In this document: positions 40,169 to 50,243 of the stretch, one piece after another
Layout of the letters: each line of letters starts with the position of its first letter
How positions within the stretch are numbered: position 1 is the first letter of the stretch
Assembly: GCA_025060015.1 (NCBI GenBank)
Contig: JANXDB010000066.1
Span: 8,635-72,634 of the forward strand
DNA: 64,000 bases
DNA from: Caldimicrobium sp.
GTDB lineage: Bacteria > Desulfobacterota > Thermodesulfobacteria > Thermodesulfobacteriales > Thermodesulfobacteriaceae
Direction: 5' to 3'
The notes under the pieces: generated by a model
Told to the model about the DNA's origin: nothing
The model's database searches: none
Seen by the model: only the letters and a program-made list of their open reading frames with translations
Made by a program: the position numbers and the translations under genes

Positions 40169-41139
40169 TTAGACGGCTGTTCATTCTTTTAATCACCCTC
40201 TGGGGCATCACTGTCATATCCTTTGGCATGCTTCATCTTGCACCTGGTGGTCCTCTAAGTCCTCTCACTGAGTTTAATCCCAAGATGACTCCAGAGTTCA
40301 GAGAAAAACTGGTAAAGATGTACGGGTTGGATAAACCTATTCATATCCAGTACTGGAACTGGCTAAAGGGAATTGTTAAACTTGATTTTGGCAGATCCTT
40401 TTCTCTTGATCAAAGACCTGTGTGGGATAAAATCAAAGAGAGATTACCAATTACCCTTTTGATTAACACACTAGCCCTCATTCTAATTTTGCTTATAAGC
40501 ATTCCCCTTGGGGTGCTCTCTGCCATTAAGGCTGGAACCAAAACAGATCAAGTTCTTACCTTTTTCACCTTTTTTGGGTATGCTATGCCAAGCTTTTGGC
40601 TGGCTCTTTTACTTATGATGGTCTTTGGTGTGAAACTTCAGATTCTTCCCATATCAGGCCTGCATTCCGTAGTTGGCTATGAACAGATGAGTGGTTGGGA
40701 AAAGTTTATAGACTGGGTTAAACATCTCTTATGTCCACTTTTTGTGGCAACCTTTGGAGGAATTGCCGGCTTTTCTCGTTACCTCAGAAATTCCCTAGTG
40801 GAGGTCTTACATGCCGATTACATAGTGTATGCCCGTGCCAAAGGACTGCCTGAAAGGGTTGTTATCTTCAAACACGCTCTCAGAAATGCTCTCCTGCCAA
40901 TGATAACTCTCCTTGGCTTGTCTTTGCCAGGTCTCATTGGAGGAAGTGTTATCTTCGAAACTATATTTGGTATCCCTGGTCTTGGCCAATTGATGTGGCA
41001 GGCAGTAATGAGCAGAGATTACCCTGTTATTATGGCTAATCTGATACTAGTATCCTTTCTAACGCTGCTAGGTAATTTTTTAGCAGATCTAGGCTATGCT
41101 CTGGCTGATCCAAGGATAAGGCTTGGCGAGAAAAAATAG
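40153..41139 (+). CDS. Peptide/nickel ABC transporter permease (DppB/OppB type)
   Basis: YARAKGL EAA loop, RNALLP, ADPRIR. Confidence 0.9.
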   Translation: MLVYLIRRLFILLITLWGITVISFGMLHLAPGGPLSPLTEFNPKMTPEFREKLVKMYGLDKPIHIQYWNWLKGIVKLDFGRSFSLDQRPVWDKIKERLPITLLINTLALILILLISIPLGVLSAIKAGTKTDQVLTFFTFFGYAMPSFWLALLLMMVFGVKLQILPISGLHSVVGYEQMSGWEKFIDWVKHLLCPLFVATFGGIAGFSRYLRNSLVEVLHADYIVYARAKGLPERVVIFKHALRNALLPMITLLGLSLPGLIGGSVIFETIFGIPGLGQLMWQAVMSRDYPVIMANLILVSFLTLLGNFLADLGYALADPRIRLGEKK

Positions 41140-41141
41140 AA

Positions 41142-41960
41142 ATGTTACGTAAAATCATACAGACGAAAGAAGGTCTCTTTTCCGCAATAGTTCTTGGTAT
41201 TTTGGTTTTAACCGCGCTACTGGGTCCAATTCTCTATCCCTATCATCCCTATGAGATCAATGTGGAAAAAATTCTTCAAGCCCCAAGCCTTAAACACCCA
41301 TTAGGCACCGACCTTCTCGGTAGAGACCTCCTTAGTAGAATGATCTACGGGGCTAGAATTTCCTTGCAGGTAAGCGTGGTGGCAGTAGGGATATCTCTTA
41401 TCATAGGTATCTTTCTTGGAGCTATAGCTGGTTATCTAGGCAGTTGGGTTGATCAGACAATATCCAGATTTATAGATATAATGCTATGTTTTCCCACAAT
41501 TTTCTTGATACTTGCTGTCATTGCCTATCTAGAACCTTCTATACTTACCATCATGATTGTTATTGGGTTGACTAGCTGGATGAGTGTGGCAAGACTAGTT
41601 CGGGCAGAGTTTTTAAGTTTAAAGGAGAGAGAATTTGTTCTCTCTGCTAAAATCTATGGTGCAAGCACCTTTAGAATCATTTTTAAACACATATTACCTA
41701 ATGCTCTTCCACCTATTTTAGTCTCTGCATCCCTTGGCATGGGACATGCTATCTTGATTGAATCTGCCCTCTCTTTCTTAGGAATTGGGGTTCAGCCACC
41801 CACACCCTCTTGGGGGAACCTTTTAATTGAGGGAAAAGAGACCATGGAGATTGCCTGGTGGTTATCTGTCTTCCCTGGTCTTGCTATTTTGATTACCGTT
41901 TTAGCATTTATTCTCTTGGGAGAGACCCTTCAAGAGATTTTAAATCCGAGAAAAAGATAA
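41142..41960 (+). CDS. Peptide/nickel ABC transporter permease (DppC/OppC type)
   Basis: HPLGTDLLGRD, SFLGIGVQPPTPSWG. Confidence 0.9.
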   Translation: MLRKIIQTKEGLFSAIVLGILVLTALLGPILYPYHPYEINVEKILQAPSLKHPLGTDLLGRDLLSRMIYGARISLQVSVVAVGISLIIGIFLGAIAGYLGSWVDQTISRFIDIMLCFPTIFLILAVIAYLEPSILTIMIVIGLTSWMSVARLVRAEFLSLKEREFVLSAKIYGASTFRIIFKHILPNALPPILVSASLGMGHAILIESALSFLGIGVQPPTPSWGNLLIEGKETMEIAWWLSVFPGLAILITVLAFILLGETLQEILNPRKR

Positions 41961-41961
41961 A

Positions 41962-42047
41962 TGCCGAGGGCGGGACTCGAACCCGCACGGGTGCAGAACC
42001 CACTAGCCCCTCAAGCCAGCGCGTCTACCTAATTCCGCCACCTCGGC
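41962..42047 (-). tRNA. tRNA-Leu (GAG)
   Basis: GCCGAGG acceptor stem, CTGGC-TTGAGGG-GCTAG anticodon arm, long variable arm, GGTTCGAGTCC T-arm; CCA not encoded. Confidence 0.96.
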
Positions 42048-42065
42048 TAAGCCATATGTATAATT

Positions 42066-42094
42066 AATATAACCTCTTCTTCTATCTTTGTCAA
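42066..42094 (-). promoter_or_regulatory. sigma70-type promoter of tRNA-Leu(GAG)
   Basis: TTGACA-17 nt-TATATT, 18 nt upstream of the tRNA. Confidence 0.65.
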
Positions 42095-42169
42095 GCTTTA
42101 TTTGAAATACCTGCAGGCCTTAAAATAATACCTTAACCTAATCTGAGCTTTTACTTAGGTCAAAAAACC

Positions 42170-42601
42170 CTATTTCACTTCATATTCAGATACCCAGAGA
42201 TCATGAAGGTTACAAAAGCTGGTTGCATAGATCTTTCCTTTAAAGCCTTGAGGAAGTTGATAGGTAGACTTGGCCTCTCTGTCATTAGGAGTGAAAACCT
42301 TTGAGCCTAAGAAGTTGCCCTTTTCGTCAACTAAGGTATGCCTCACTATAAAATGAGCCTCGGTCATAACATGATAAGTAAAGACAGTGACCCTATCACC
42401 CTGAACTTCAATAATGGGCGCATGGCTCCCAGCTTTGCCCTTCCAGATACCCTCATTATCTTTGGTATAAATTATTGCCTTGAGATAAGGCGGAAGATTT
42501 GCTGGAAGGTAAGCATGAGCCTTTGGCGTGTTGATAAGATCTAAAAGACTTAATCCACCTGCACTAGCCAACAAAATCCTTAAAAAATCCCTTCTTTCCA
42601 T
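42170..42601 (-). CDS. Tat-exported desulfoferrodoxin/superoxide reductase-like protein
   Basis: ERRDFLR twin-arginine signal with AHA cleavage site; Fe ligands GSH, YHVM, EAHF, FCNLH. Confidence 0.8.
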   Translation of the reverse strand: MERRDFLRILLASAGGLSLLDLINTPKAHAYLPANLPPYLKAIIYTKDNEGIWKGKAGSHAPIIEVQGDRVTVFTYHVMTEAHFIVRHTLVDEKGNFLGSKVFTPNDREAKSTYQLPQGFKGKIYATSFCNLHDLWVSEYEVK

Positions 42602-42818
42602 AATACCACCCCCAAAATTATTTAATTTCCATAATAAATTTTAATATATTCTAACTTAAAATTCAAGTAGAATATTTGTAAATATTTTGTTAATATCCTA
42701 TAAGTTCCAATACTTTCTGCTTATTTTTCAAAACCACCCTTGACTTTAGGTATAACCTTAAACATAATCCTATATAGATGGTAATCAAAAAACAACAATC
42801 AAAAGGAGGTGGTCTTCT

Positions 42819-43106
42819 ATGGCCATTTATGTTGTACTGAGTAAGCTCACTGATTCTGGCAGAGAAACGCTGAAAGAAAAACCTCACCGGATTTTTGAGG
42901 TAAACAAGGAACTTGAGGCCATGGGAATTAAGGTTTTACAACAATACGCAGTCCTGGGACCATATGATTTTGTTAACATCATAGAGGCTCCCGATAACGA
43001 AACTGTTATGAAGATGTCCATTGAGCTAGGCTCTCGTGGTACCGTAGAATTAACAAGTCTTCCAGCAATAAGGGTAGATGAACTTTTAAAGATTATTGGA
43101 AAATAA
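42819..43106 (+). CDS. GYD domain protein
   Basis: YAVLGPYDFVNIIEAPD signature. Confidence 0.85.
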   Translation: MAIYVVLSKLTDSGRETLKEKPHRIFEVNKELEAMGIKVLQQYAVLGPYDFVNIIEAPDNETVMKMSIELGSRGTVELTSLPAIRVDELLKIIGK

Positions 43107-43116
43107 TTTGATTTTT

Positions 43117-43140
43117 AGGGGGGTCCCCCCCTTTGTATTT
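43117..43140 (+). terminator. Intrinsic terminator after the GYD gene
   Basis: AGGGGG-GTCC-CCCCCT followed by TTGTATTT. Confidence 0.6.
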
Positions 43141-44247
43141 CTACCTGTATATTTCCACTCTATTTTTTACTCTCTTTAAAATTGTACTTAGATATCTTCT
43201 TTCAGAGTCTGTCATAATGGAAATAGCAGTTCCTTTTCGACCTGCCCTACCAGTCCTTCCTATTCTGTGAATATAAGAGTCGGAATCCTTCGGAAGGCGA
43301 TAATTTATAACAAGTTCCACATCCCTGATATCCAAGCCCCTTGAAGCCACATCGGTTGCGACTAGAATGTAAAAAACTCCTTCTCTAAATTTTCTCAGGA
43401 TTGTCTCTCTCTTCTTCTGAGGATAGTCACCATGTAAGGCTTCTACCTTAAAACCCTGCTCCCTTAAGCCTACAGAGAGAGATTCAGCCTCCCTTTTTGT
43501 GTGGGTAAAGATTATGGTCTTACTGTCGGGTGCTGCCTGCAATAATCTTATCAACTTTTCCCATAAACCCTTTTCCGAGGTCTGATATACTTTCTGGGTT
43601 ATGGATTCTAAAGTAGGATCTTCTGGTTTAATCTTTATTATACCATAGTCTTCTTTTAGAAATTTCTCCGCTAAGTTGGTAACAACTCTATTAAAAGTTG
43701 CTGAAAAAAGCAAGGTCTGTCTATCCTTAGGGGTTGCAGAGATAATCTCTTCTATATCCTCGATGAAACCCATTTCCAACATCCTATCTGCCTCATCTAA
43801 AACCAGATACCTTACCTTGTGTAGTTTTAAATAACCTCTACCCAGAAGATCCTTTACCCTACCAGGGGTTCCAACAACAATGCTATTAAGTCCCTTTTTC
43901 AAAAAATCAATGTGTTTTTGCAGGGGCTTTCCACCGTAAACGGTCAATACAAACAATTTTTTAACTTTTCCCAATTTCCTGAGTTCTTCCGATACCTGAA
44001 GGGCAAGCTCTCTAGTTGGCACAAGAATGAGTGCCTGCACCCCCTTTATAGAGGGATTTATTCTCTCTACAAGAGGTATACCAAAAGCTGCTGTTTTACC
44101 AGTGCCAGTTTGAGCTTGGGCAATGAGATCTTTACCAGATAAAACCTGCGGTATGGCTTCTCTCTGAATAGGAGTTGGAGTTTCATACCCCAAAAATTCG
44201 ATTCCCGCTAAAACCTCTCTTGACAGACTAAGATCCTTAAATGACAT
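43141..44247 (-). CDS. DEAD-box RNA helicase (core only)
   Basis: PTPIQ, AQTGTGKT, PTRELA, DEAD, SAT, HRIGRTGRAG. Confidence 0.95.
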   Translation of the reverse strand: MSFKDLSLSREVLAGIEFLGYETPTPIQREAIPQVLSGKDLIAQAQTGTGKTAAFGIPLVERINPSIKGVQALILVPTRELALQVSEELRKLGKVKKLFVLTVYGGKPLQKHIDFLKKGLNSIVVGTPGRVKDLLGRGYLKLHKVRYLVLDEADRMLEMGFIEDIEEIISATPKDRQTLLFSATFNRVVTNLAEKFLKEDYGIIKIKPEDPTLESITQKVYQTSEKGLWEKLIRLLQAAPDSKTIIFTHTKREAESLSVGLREQGFKVEALHGDYPQKKRETILRKFREGVFYILVATDVASRGLDIRDVELVINYRLPKDSDSYIHRIGRTGRAGRKGTAISIMTDSERRYLSTILKRVKNRVEIYR

Positions 44248-44400
44248 GTAACAACTCCTCCCTTTGTTTTTTACTTAGGAGTAGTACTTAAAGGAAAACT
44301 ATGATAGCTTTGACCTTTTTAAGACTGGCTCCTAAATTTTATAAAAAATAATACACCTTTATAAAAAATAAAGGACCCTTATCTAAAGATCTTATAAATT

Positions 44401-45129
44401 CTACACCTTTTTAGATTCTTTACGAGGGAGCTTACTTATGTCTTCTTTTATAGCATACAGGACCTTGAATTTCTTGTTTAGTTCCTCTAAGAAAGCCTCC
44501 TTTTTAGATGGGGATAATTCCTCTATTCTAACAAAAACCATTCTCTTTTGATCAACTCCGGTACTTTTGGCGTCATTTCCTTCCATAGGAATTGCCGTTT
44601 CTTCTCTCCAAGTTAACAAACTGTGCACCGCCACTTCAAACCCTTTCAATATCTGAAATAGTTCTAACAATTCATGATGATGATTTATAAGTAAACTGAT
44701 TTGAAAGGGACTGTGATATATTCCGGTGATATTAACAAAAAGCTTAAAAATGTCCGTCTGGGTTATGATCCCAATCACATAGCCTTCTTCATTTACCACA
44801 GGAAGACCGGAAATTCTATTTTCCAACATGAGAACTGCAGCATACTCCACTGTGTCCTTTGGACGAACTGTGAGAGGATCCTTGGTCATCACATCCTTTA
44901 ACTTCATTTCTGAAAGTAGATAATACATCTCATGAACATCAAGAGCAGTAATTTTAGATGGTGTTACCTCCTTTATATCTCGGTCTGTTACGATACCAAC
45001 CAATTTTCCATCTCTTGTCACAGGGATCCTTCGAATTTGATGTTCCTTAAGTACCTGTAGAGCTTTCATAATAGAGGTATTTTCATCCAAGGTAACAACA
45101 TGCTTTGACATCCAATCTTGTACCAGCAT
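44401..45129 (-). CDS. CBS-pair protein with ACT-like C-terminus (AcuB-like)
   Basis: Two CBS repeats (IRRIPV...GIVTDRDI; ISGLPV...GIITQTDI). Confidence 0.85.
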   Translation of the reverse strand: MLVQDWMSKHVVTLDENTSIMKALQVLKEHQIRRIPVTRDGKLVGIVTDRDIKEVTPSKITALDVHEMYYLLSEMKLKDVMTKDPLTVRPKDTVEYAAVLMLENRISGLPVVNEEGYVIGIITQTDIFKLFVNITGIYHSPFQISLLINHHHELLELFQILKGFEVAVHSLLTWREETAIPMEGNDAKSTGVDQKRMVFVRIEELSPSKKEAFLEELNKKFKVLYAIKEDISKLPRKESKKV

Positions 45130-45140
45130 AGGATCCTCCT

Positions 45141-46049
45141 TTAGCTTAGTCCTCCATAACTATGTAACCCTGATAACAGGAAATTGACCCCAAAATAGGT
45201 AAATATCACGGCAATAAATCCTATCAGTGAGATCAGTGCGATCTTTTTTCCTTGCCAGCCTCTGATTAGACGAGCATGAATAGCTCCAGCATAAATGAAC
45301 CAGGTGATGAGAGACCAAGTTTCCTTTGGGTCCCAACTCCAGTAGTTACCCCAGGCCTGATCTGCCCATATAGCTCCGGTAATTATGCCAATGCTTAACC
45401 AAAAAAATCCAAAAAGAATGCTTCTATACATGAAATTATCAAGTACTATCTTTGAGGGCAATTTATCCTTTAGAAAGGATTTATCAGCTAAAAGATAAAA
45501 AAGTCCAACGACAAAGGCAACAGCAAAGGCTGCATATCCCAAGAAACAGGTTATCACATGTGCTATAAGCCAGTTGCTCTTTAAGGCTGGAATAAGGGGC
45601 TTGATGGAGGAGTCCGTGACAAAGCTTGCAAAGGCCATAATGAGTGAGGCAAGTATAAATACCAAACTTCCAAAGACCTTACGAGGAAGCCTAAACTCCC
45701 AAAATAGATATAAACCCGCTAAAGATAACCCAAAAAAAACCAAAGACTCATAAAGATTAGATAGGGGAACATATCCATAGCCTGTTTGATAGGTTTGAAT
45801 CCACCTGATAACAAAACCATAGAGGTTAGCTATAAAGCCTGCCCAGGCAATGGTTGATCCCCAAAAAGATCCCCTCTCCCAGTTAAAAATCCAATAAAGT
45901 AGATAGTTTATACCAGCAACAAGATATACAAAAGTTACAAGACTAAAGATCAAAGCATTATCAGGAACAGGGGATCTCTCAAAAAAGGCTAAGGCCAAGT
46001 AGATAAAAAGAGCTAAAAGAAGACCATATAAAGGACTCTTATATTTCAT
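45141..46049 (-). CDS. ccsA: Cytochrome c biogenesis system II heme-attachment protein (CcsA/CcsB/ResC)
   Basis: PLSNLYES, PALKSNWLIAHV, AIWADQAWGNYWSWDPKETW (WWD domain), GLHSY. Confidence 0.92.
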   Translation of the reverse strand: MKYKSPLYGLLLALFIYLALAFFERSPVPDNALIFSLVTFVYLVAGINYLLYWIFNWERGSFWGSTIAWAGFIANLYGFVIRWIQTYQTGYGYVPLSNLYESLVFFGLSLAGLYLFWEFRLPRKVFGSLVFILASLIMAFASFVTDSSIKPLIPALKSNWLIAHVITCFLGYAAFAVAFVVGLFYLLADKSFLKDKLPSKIVLDNFMYRSILFGFFWLSIGIITGAIWADQAWGNYWSWDPKETWSLITWFIYAGAIHARLIRGWQGKKIALISLIGFIAVIFTYFGVNFLLSGLHSYGGLS

Positions 46050-46125
46050 ATGTCAAACCCCCTTTTGCTTATATCTTAATCTACAATATATATCTTTTCC
46101 AAAAAAAAGGCAACATAAAAATTAC

Positions 46126-49100
46126 TTATCCATTTAAACTATTGATAACTAAATCTTTTAGCCTAACACAAATTTCTTGCCAATCTCTCTCTTGCCTCTC
46201 CACACTGTCCATAAAGTCCTCCAATTCTCTGGTAAACTCTTCGGATATGTATTGGAAAAATCTCTGAGAAAGATGATGGTAAACCTTTTTCCCGAGATTT
46301 GTGGGCACGAGGCTTCCATTTTTAAGCTCATATACATAATAGCGCTGCAAAAGGGTTGAGACAATTTCGGCATAGGTTGAGGGTCTTCCCAGGCCTCTCT
46401 TTTTCATCTCCTGTATGAGACTTCCTTGATTAAAAAGAAAGACTCGAGGGATCTTGTGAAGTTCAATCTTTTCCGGTTTAAGGTCCTCTTTCCATTTGAA
46501 AAGCGGAGGCGATTTCCATATTAGATTAAAGCTATCTTTAAGGATGGCAAGATTTAGGTGTTCTTCCCATGTATGAGAGGGCACTTGGAAATTAAAGATT
46601 CCTTTTTTAAGCTTCATTGGTGCACATTGACTAGCCATAAATCTTCTGAATATCAAATCGTATATCCTCAAAGAGTCTTTGGTATTTTTAAAGGTAAGCA
46701 AACCGTGAGCCAATCTTATCTTTAGCTCACTAATATCCCAGGGATGAGTTGGTCTAATGCCTTCATGGGCCCCAACTTTTGACCACTCTCGGGGATAAAA
46801 TATCTCCAAACCTAAGTTTTTTTCTATGTAAGGTTTAGCTACCTGATATCTTCCAACCTCTGAGATACGTGTTGAATCAGTGCGATGATAGGTAATAAGT
46901 CCAAGTTCAAAGAGCTCTTGAAGCAAGTCCATGGTATGAGAGGTTGAAAAACGAAAATTAACATAGGCCTCTTCTAAGATAGTATCCGTGGTATATGGTG
47001 GAGGTGGATTAAGCTCTTCCTCGGTTTCCCCTAAAAGAGTAACCCTAAGCTGAGGCATCTCCTCCATTAGCCTCTTTGCCCTATCCTCCTCCTCGAAATC
47101 AAGGCTAAAGGGAAGCTCTCCCAGGGTGAAACCGATACGGAACCTGTAGGTTTTGGCCTCCTCTGCGCGCTTTATAACCCAGCCTAAAACAGGCGTCTGA
47201 ACACGTCCTGCTGAAAGGGTCCTCTTTCCAAAGGTCTTCCATAGCTCCCTTGATAGAGAAAAACCTACCCATCTATCCGCTACCCTTCTTGCTAGTTGAG
47301 CCTTGACCTTGGCTAGGTTTATCTCTCCAGCCTGCTCCAGGGCCTGTTTAAAGGCCCTTGGAGTTATCTCATGAAACTCTAATCTCTTTATGTTACTCTG
47401 AAAAGGTCTAAGATTGATAAAAAGGTCGTAGGCAATCTTTTCACCCTCAGAATCAGGGTCAGAGGCTATGAAGGTCTCCGTAGAACAAAAGGCAAGGGAT
47501 CTTAGGGCAGTGACGAGCTCGCCCTTGTCATAAACCTCTCCATGTTCGTTATGATCCTCATCGACAAACTCTTCTCCTCTATCCCTAAAGATCTTTATCG
47601 AGTCAAAGAGAGGATAAAAATTTCTCCCTTCTTCTAGCACTCCATATAGGCCCTCCTTTCTTGACAGATTGAAAAGATGGCCCATACAGGCACACACTGA
47701 AAGGAGCGTATTTTCCATAGGTATTTCATAAACCCATAGATTCTTGATTCTCCTTTTAGATGGTTTACCGAAGAAACCAGCAATGGTCTTTGCCTTATGA
47801 GGTGATTCTACGATTACCAGATAATTCCTAAAATCAAGATTTAAGTCCCTGAGATTTTTTCTCTCCTCTCTTACCATGTTATCTATTGACTTAAGATCCT
47901 CCTGCTCGACCTTTTGAAAATCGGGTTCTTCACCCAAAAAGACCTTCAACCTTCTCTTTAGGCTCCTGAAGGCTTTACCATTATCAATCAAAAGAATAGA
48001 AATACCAGGCAACAACCCCTTGGCAGTGAGTCTTGACACTCTGCCTGAGCCCTGGAGGTATACCTGGGCATTACCTAACACCACATAATACTTCCCACCG
48101 TCCACTTCAAGAAACACCTCATCGGAGGTCATCAATTTTTCTATGAAACTCTGATCCTGAAGCTTTAAGACTAGAAAATCTCTTATATTTTCAACCTTTT
48201 TCTTTAAACCCTCATACTGAGAGAGCGAGTCCTCCTTAAGCGTTAAATACTTCCGAAGATAATTGAGGTATGAGAGGGATTGTAGTCTCTCTTCATCTTC
48301 AAAGAGTGGCAAAAGGGAGAGCAGGAGATTATATAGAAAGGGAATAGCTAAAGGCAATTCAAAGGTATCACCGCTTTTTAACAAAGGAAAGCGATGTTTA
48401 GGAACTCCCAAAAAAAGTGCATATCTCAGGACCTCTGGAAGATCAATCCCTCTTAAAAGGGGATTACCAAGGTGCGCTAAACCCACCGCAATCTGAACCT
48501 CTTGACTTTCGAGACTATTAAGTAATTCTTCTTCATCAACCTCTAGGTAGGAAATCGCCTTTACACCATTTTCCGAGAAATATTTTGTGACCCTCTCAAC
48601 ACCCTCTCGTCCATAGGCTTCATCAACAAAAACCAGCCCGCCACCATTCAGGCTGTGAACTATGCTAAGGGCCTCTCTTGCCAAAGTGTCTAATTTGCAA
48701 TCTCCAACCTCTAAGTAAAGATCTTTGACTTTTCTCAGAGTGGATACGAAACGGGTAATCTCAAAGCCAAGAAGGTTCTGAAAAAGAACAGCACGACTGG
48801 TCTTTGGCTTAAGGGTAGCGGAGGATATAATGAGTCTTTTTTGGTTATTTTTGTGACGTTCCTTGATCTTTCCAAGTTGAAAAAAATCTTCCTCTTCCTT
48901 TTGTCTTTTCAAAGCCAAAGAGACTTCCTTTGGTGTAAATCCCAAAAGATAAAAGAGCTCCTCCACATTCTTACCGCTTTTTAGAAAAGAATCTACGTCA
49001 TCAACAAAGATGAGAGAGAAATCCAATTTCTTAAGAATGTCAAACTGGCGGTGAAAAAAGGCCTGGGTACAGACAAAAACATCAAAATCTCCCCTTTCAA

Positions 49101-49617
49101 GAAGGCCCTTTTCTTTGGCTGAACCTGTGTATGAGAGGATCTTTTTACTCTTTATGAAATCCTTGGTGGAGATCTCCTTTAATCTTTGCAATCGTTCAGT
49201 GAGATGAGAGACAAGGACCTTAGTTGGAACCAGTATCAAGGTCTTTTCGGCGTTTAAAAGTGCGGCAAGAAGGCCAAAGGTCGTTTTCCCTGTTCCTGTG
49301 GGGGCAACAATAGCAAAGGATTCATTAAGATAAAACCTTTTTGCCCAACCTATCTGGAGTGAGGTGGGAGAGGTTCCCACCATCTCTTTAAAAACCTCAT
49401 TGAAAATGGCTACCCTCTCCTCTACTCTGGCAAAATTTTTCAGATCCTTAAGTCTTTTTCTGAGGGCAAGGGTTTTCACAACCTCCGTAAAGGGCATTGA
49501 AGTGGTGGGTATAAGTTTTTCTGGCAGACATTTTATGCATGGCAGTCCTCGAGCTAGTCTCTCATCAGAGATAATTCCTCCGCAATTGTGGCAGCCCTTT
49601 GCTAAATAGAAAAGCAT
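46126..49617 (-). CDS. rgy: Reverse gyrase
   Basis: N-terminal CHNC...CIKC Zn finger, APTGTGKTT, DDVD helicase-like domain, TOPRIM IVESPHKA, SAGRVQTP, active-site ITYHRTDS. Confidence 0.97.
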   Translation of the reverse strand: MLFYLAKGCHNCGGIISDERLARGLPCIKCLPEKLIPTTSMPFTEVVKTLALRKRLKDLKNFARVEERVAIFNEVFKEMVGTSPTSLQIGWAKRFYLNESFAIVAPTGTGKTTFGLLAALLNAEKTLILVPTKVLVSHLTERLQRLKEISTKDFIKSKKILSYTGSAKEKGLLERGDFDVFVCTQAFFHRQFDILKKLDFSLIFVDDVDSFLKSGKNVEELFYLLGFTPKEVSLALKRQKEEEDFFQLGKIKERHKNNQKRLIISSATLKPKTSRAVLFQNLLGFEITRFVSTLRKVKDLYLEVGDCKLDTLAREALSIVHSLNGGGLVFVDEAYGREGVERVTKYFSENGVKAISYLEVDEEELLNSLESQEVQIAVGLAHLGNPLLRGIDLPEVLRYALFLGVPKHRFPLLKSGDTFELPLAIPFLYNLLLSLLPLFEDEERLQSLSYLNYLRKYLTLKEDSLSQYEGLKKKVENIRDFLVLKLQDQSFIEKLMTSDEVFLEVDGGKYYVVLGNAQVYLQGSGRVSRLTAKGLLPGISILLIDNGKAFRSLKRRLKVFLGEEPDFQKVEQEDLKSIDNMVREERKNLRDLNLDFRNYLVIVESPHKAKTIAGFFGKPSKRRIKNLWVYEIPMENTLLSVCACMGHLFNLSRKEGLYGVLEEGRNFYPLFDSIKIFRDRGEEFVDEDHNEHGEVYDKGELVTALRSLAFCSTETFIASDPDSEGEKIAYDLFINLRPFQSNIKRLEFHEITPRAFKQALEQAGEINLAKVKAQLARRVADRWVGFSLSRELWKTFGKRTLSAGRVQTPVLGWVIKRAEEAKTYRFRIGFTLGELPFSLDFEEEDRAKRLMEEMPQLRVTLLGETEEELNPPPPYTTDTILEEAYVNFRFSTSHTMDLLQELFELGLITYHRTDSTRISEVGRYQVAKPYIEKNLGLEIFYPREWSKVGAHEGIRPTHPWDISELKIRLAHGLLTFKNTKDSLRIYDLIFRRFMASQCAPMKLKKGIFNFQVPSHTWEEHLNLAILKDSFNLIWKSPPLFKWKEDLKPEKIELHKIPRVFLFNQGSLIQEMKKRGLGRPSTYAEIVSTLLQRYYVYELKNGSLVPTNLGKKVYHHLSQRFFQYISEEFTRELEDFMDSVERQERDWQEICVRLKDLVINSLNG

Positions 49618-49715
49618 GAACCCTCTCCGAAATAATGTGTAATTTATAATAGAAGAAAATGTAAAAATTCCAAGGGGTTTCCTTTTTTCTCAACCTATGT
49701 TATAAATTATGAAGT

Positions 49716-50243
49716 ATGTTTAAAGGAACCACGATAATAGCAGTAAGAAGAGAGGGCAAAGTTGCTATGGCCGGAGACGGCCAGGTGACCTTTGGAAATA
49801 CGGTCCTGAAACAGGGTGCCAAAAAGATAAGAAAGCTTTATAAGGGACAGGTTTTAGTGGGTTTTGCTGGAGCTACCGCAGATGCTCTGACACTCTTTGA
49901 GAAGCTGGAAAAAAAGCTAGAAGCCTACAGCGGGCAATTGCTTCGCGCAGCAGTGGAATTGGCTAAAGACTGGAGAACAGATAAAATCCTTCGCAGGCTG
50001 GAAGCTTTTATCATCGCCGCAGACAAAGATCATCTACTTTTGATCTCAGGCGCTGGAGATGTGGTGGAACCAGATGAAGAGGTCTTAAGTATTGGCTCAG
50101 GTGGTCCCATGGCTTTAGCCTCAGCTAAAGCCCTCTTAAGACACACTAATCTATCGGCAAGAGAAATTGCAGAGATATCCTTGAGAATAGCTAGTGAGAT
50201 CTGTATCTACACCAATACCTTTATCACAGTGGAGGAGCTATAA
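49716..50243 (+). CDS. hslV: ATP-dependent protease subunit HslV
   Basis: GTTIIAV, AGDGQVT, IGSGG. Confidence 0.96.
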   Translation: MFKGTTIIAVRREGKVAMAGDGQVTFGNTVLKQGAKKIRKLYKGQVLVGFAGATADALTLFEKLEKKLEAYSGQLLRAAVELAKDWRTDKILRRLEAFIIAADKDHLLLISGAGDVVEPDEEVLSIGSGGPMALASAKALLRHTNLSAREIAEISLRIASEICIYTNTFITVEEL

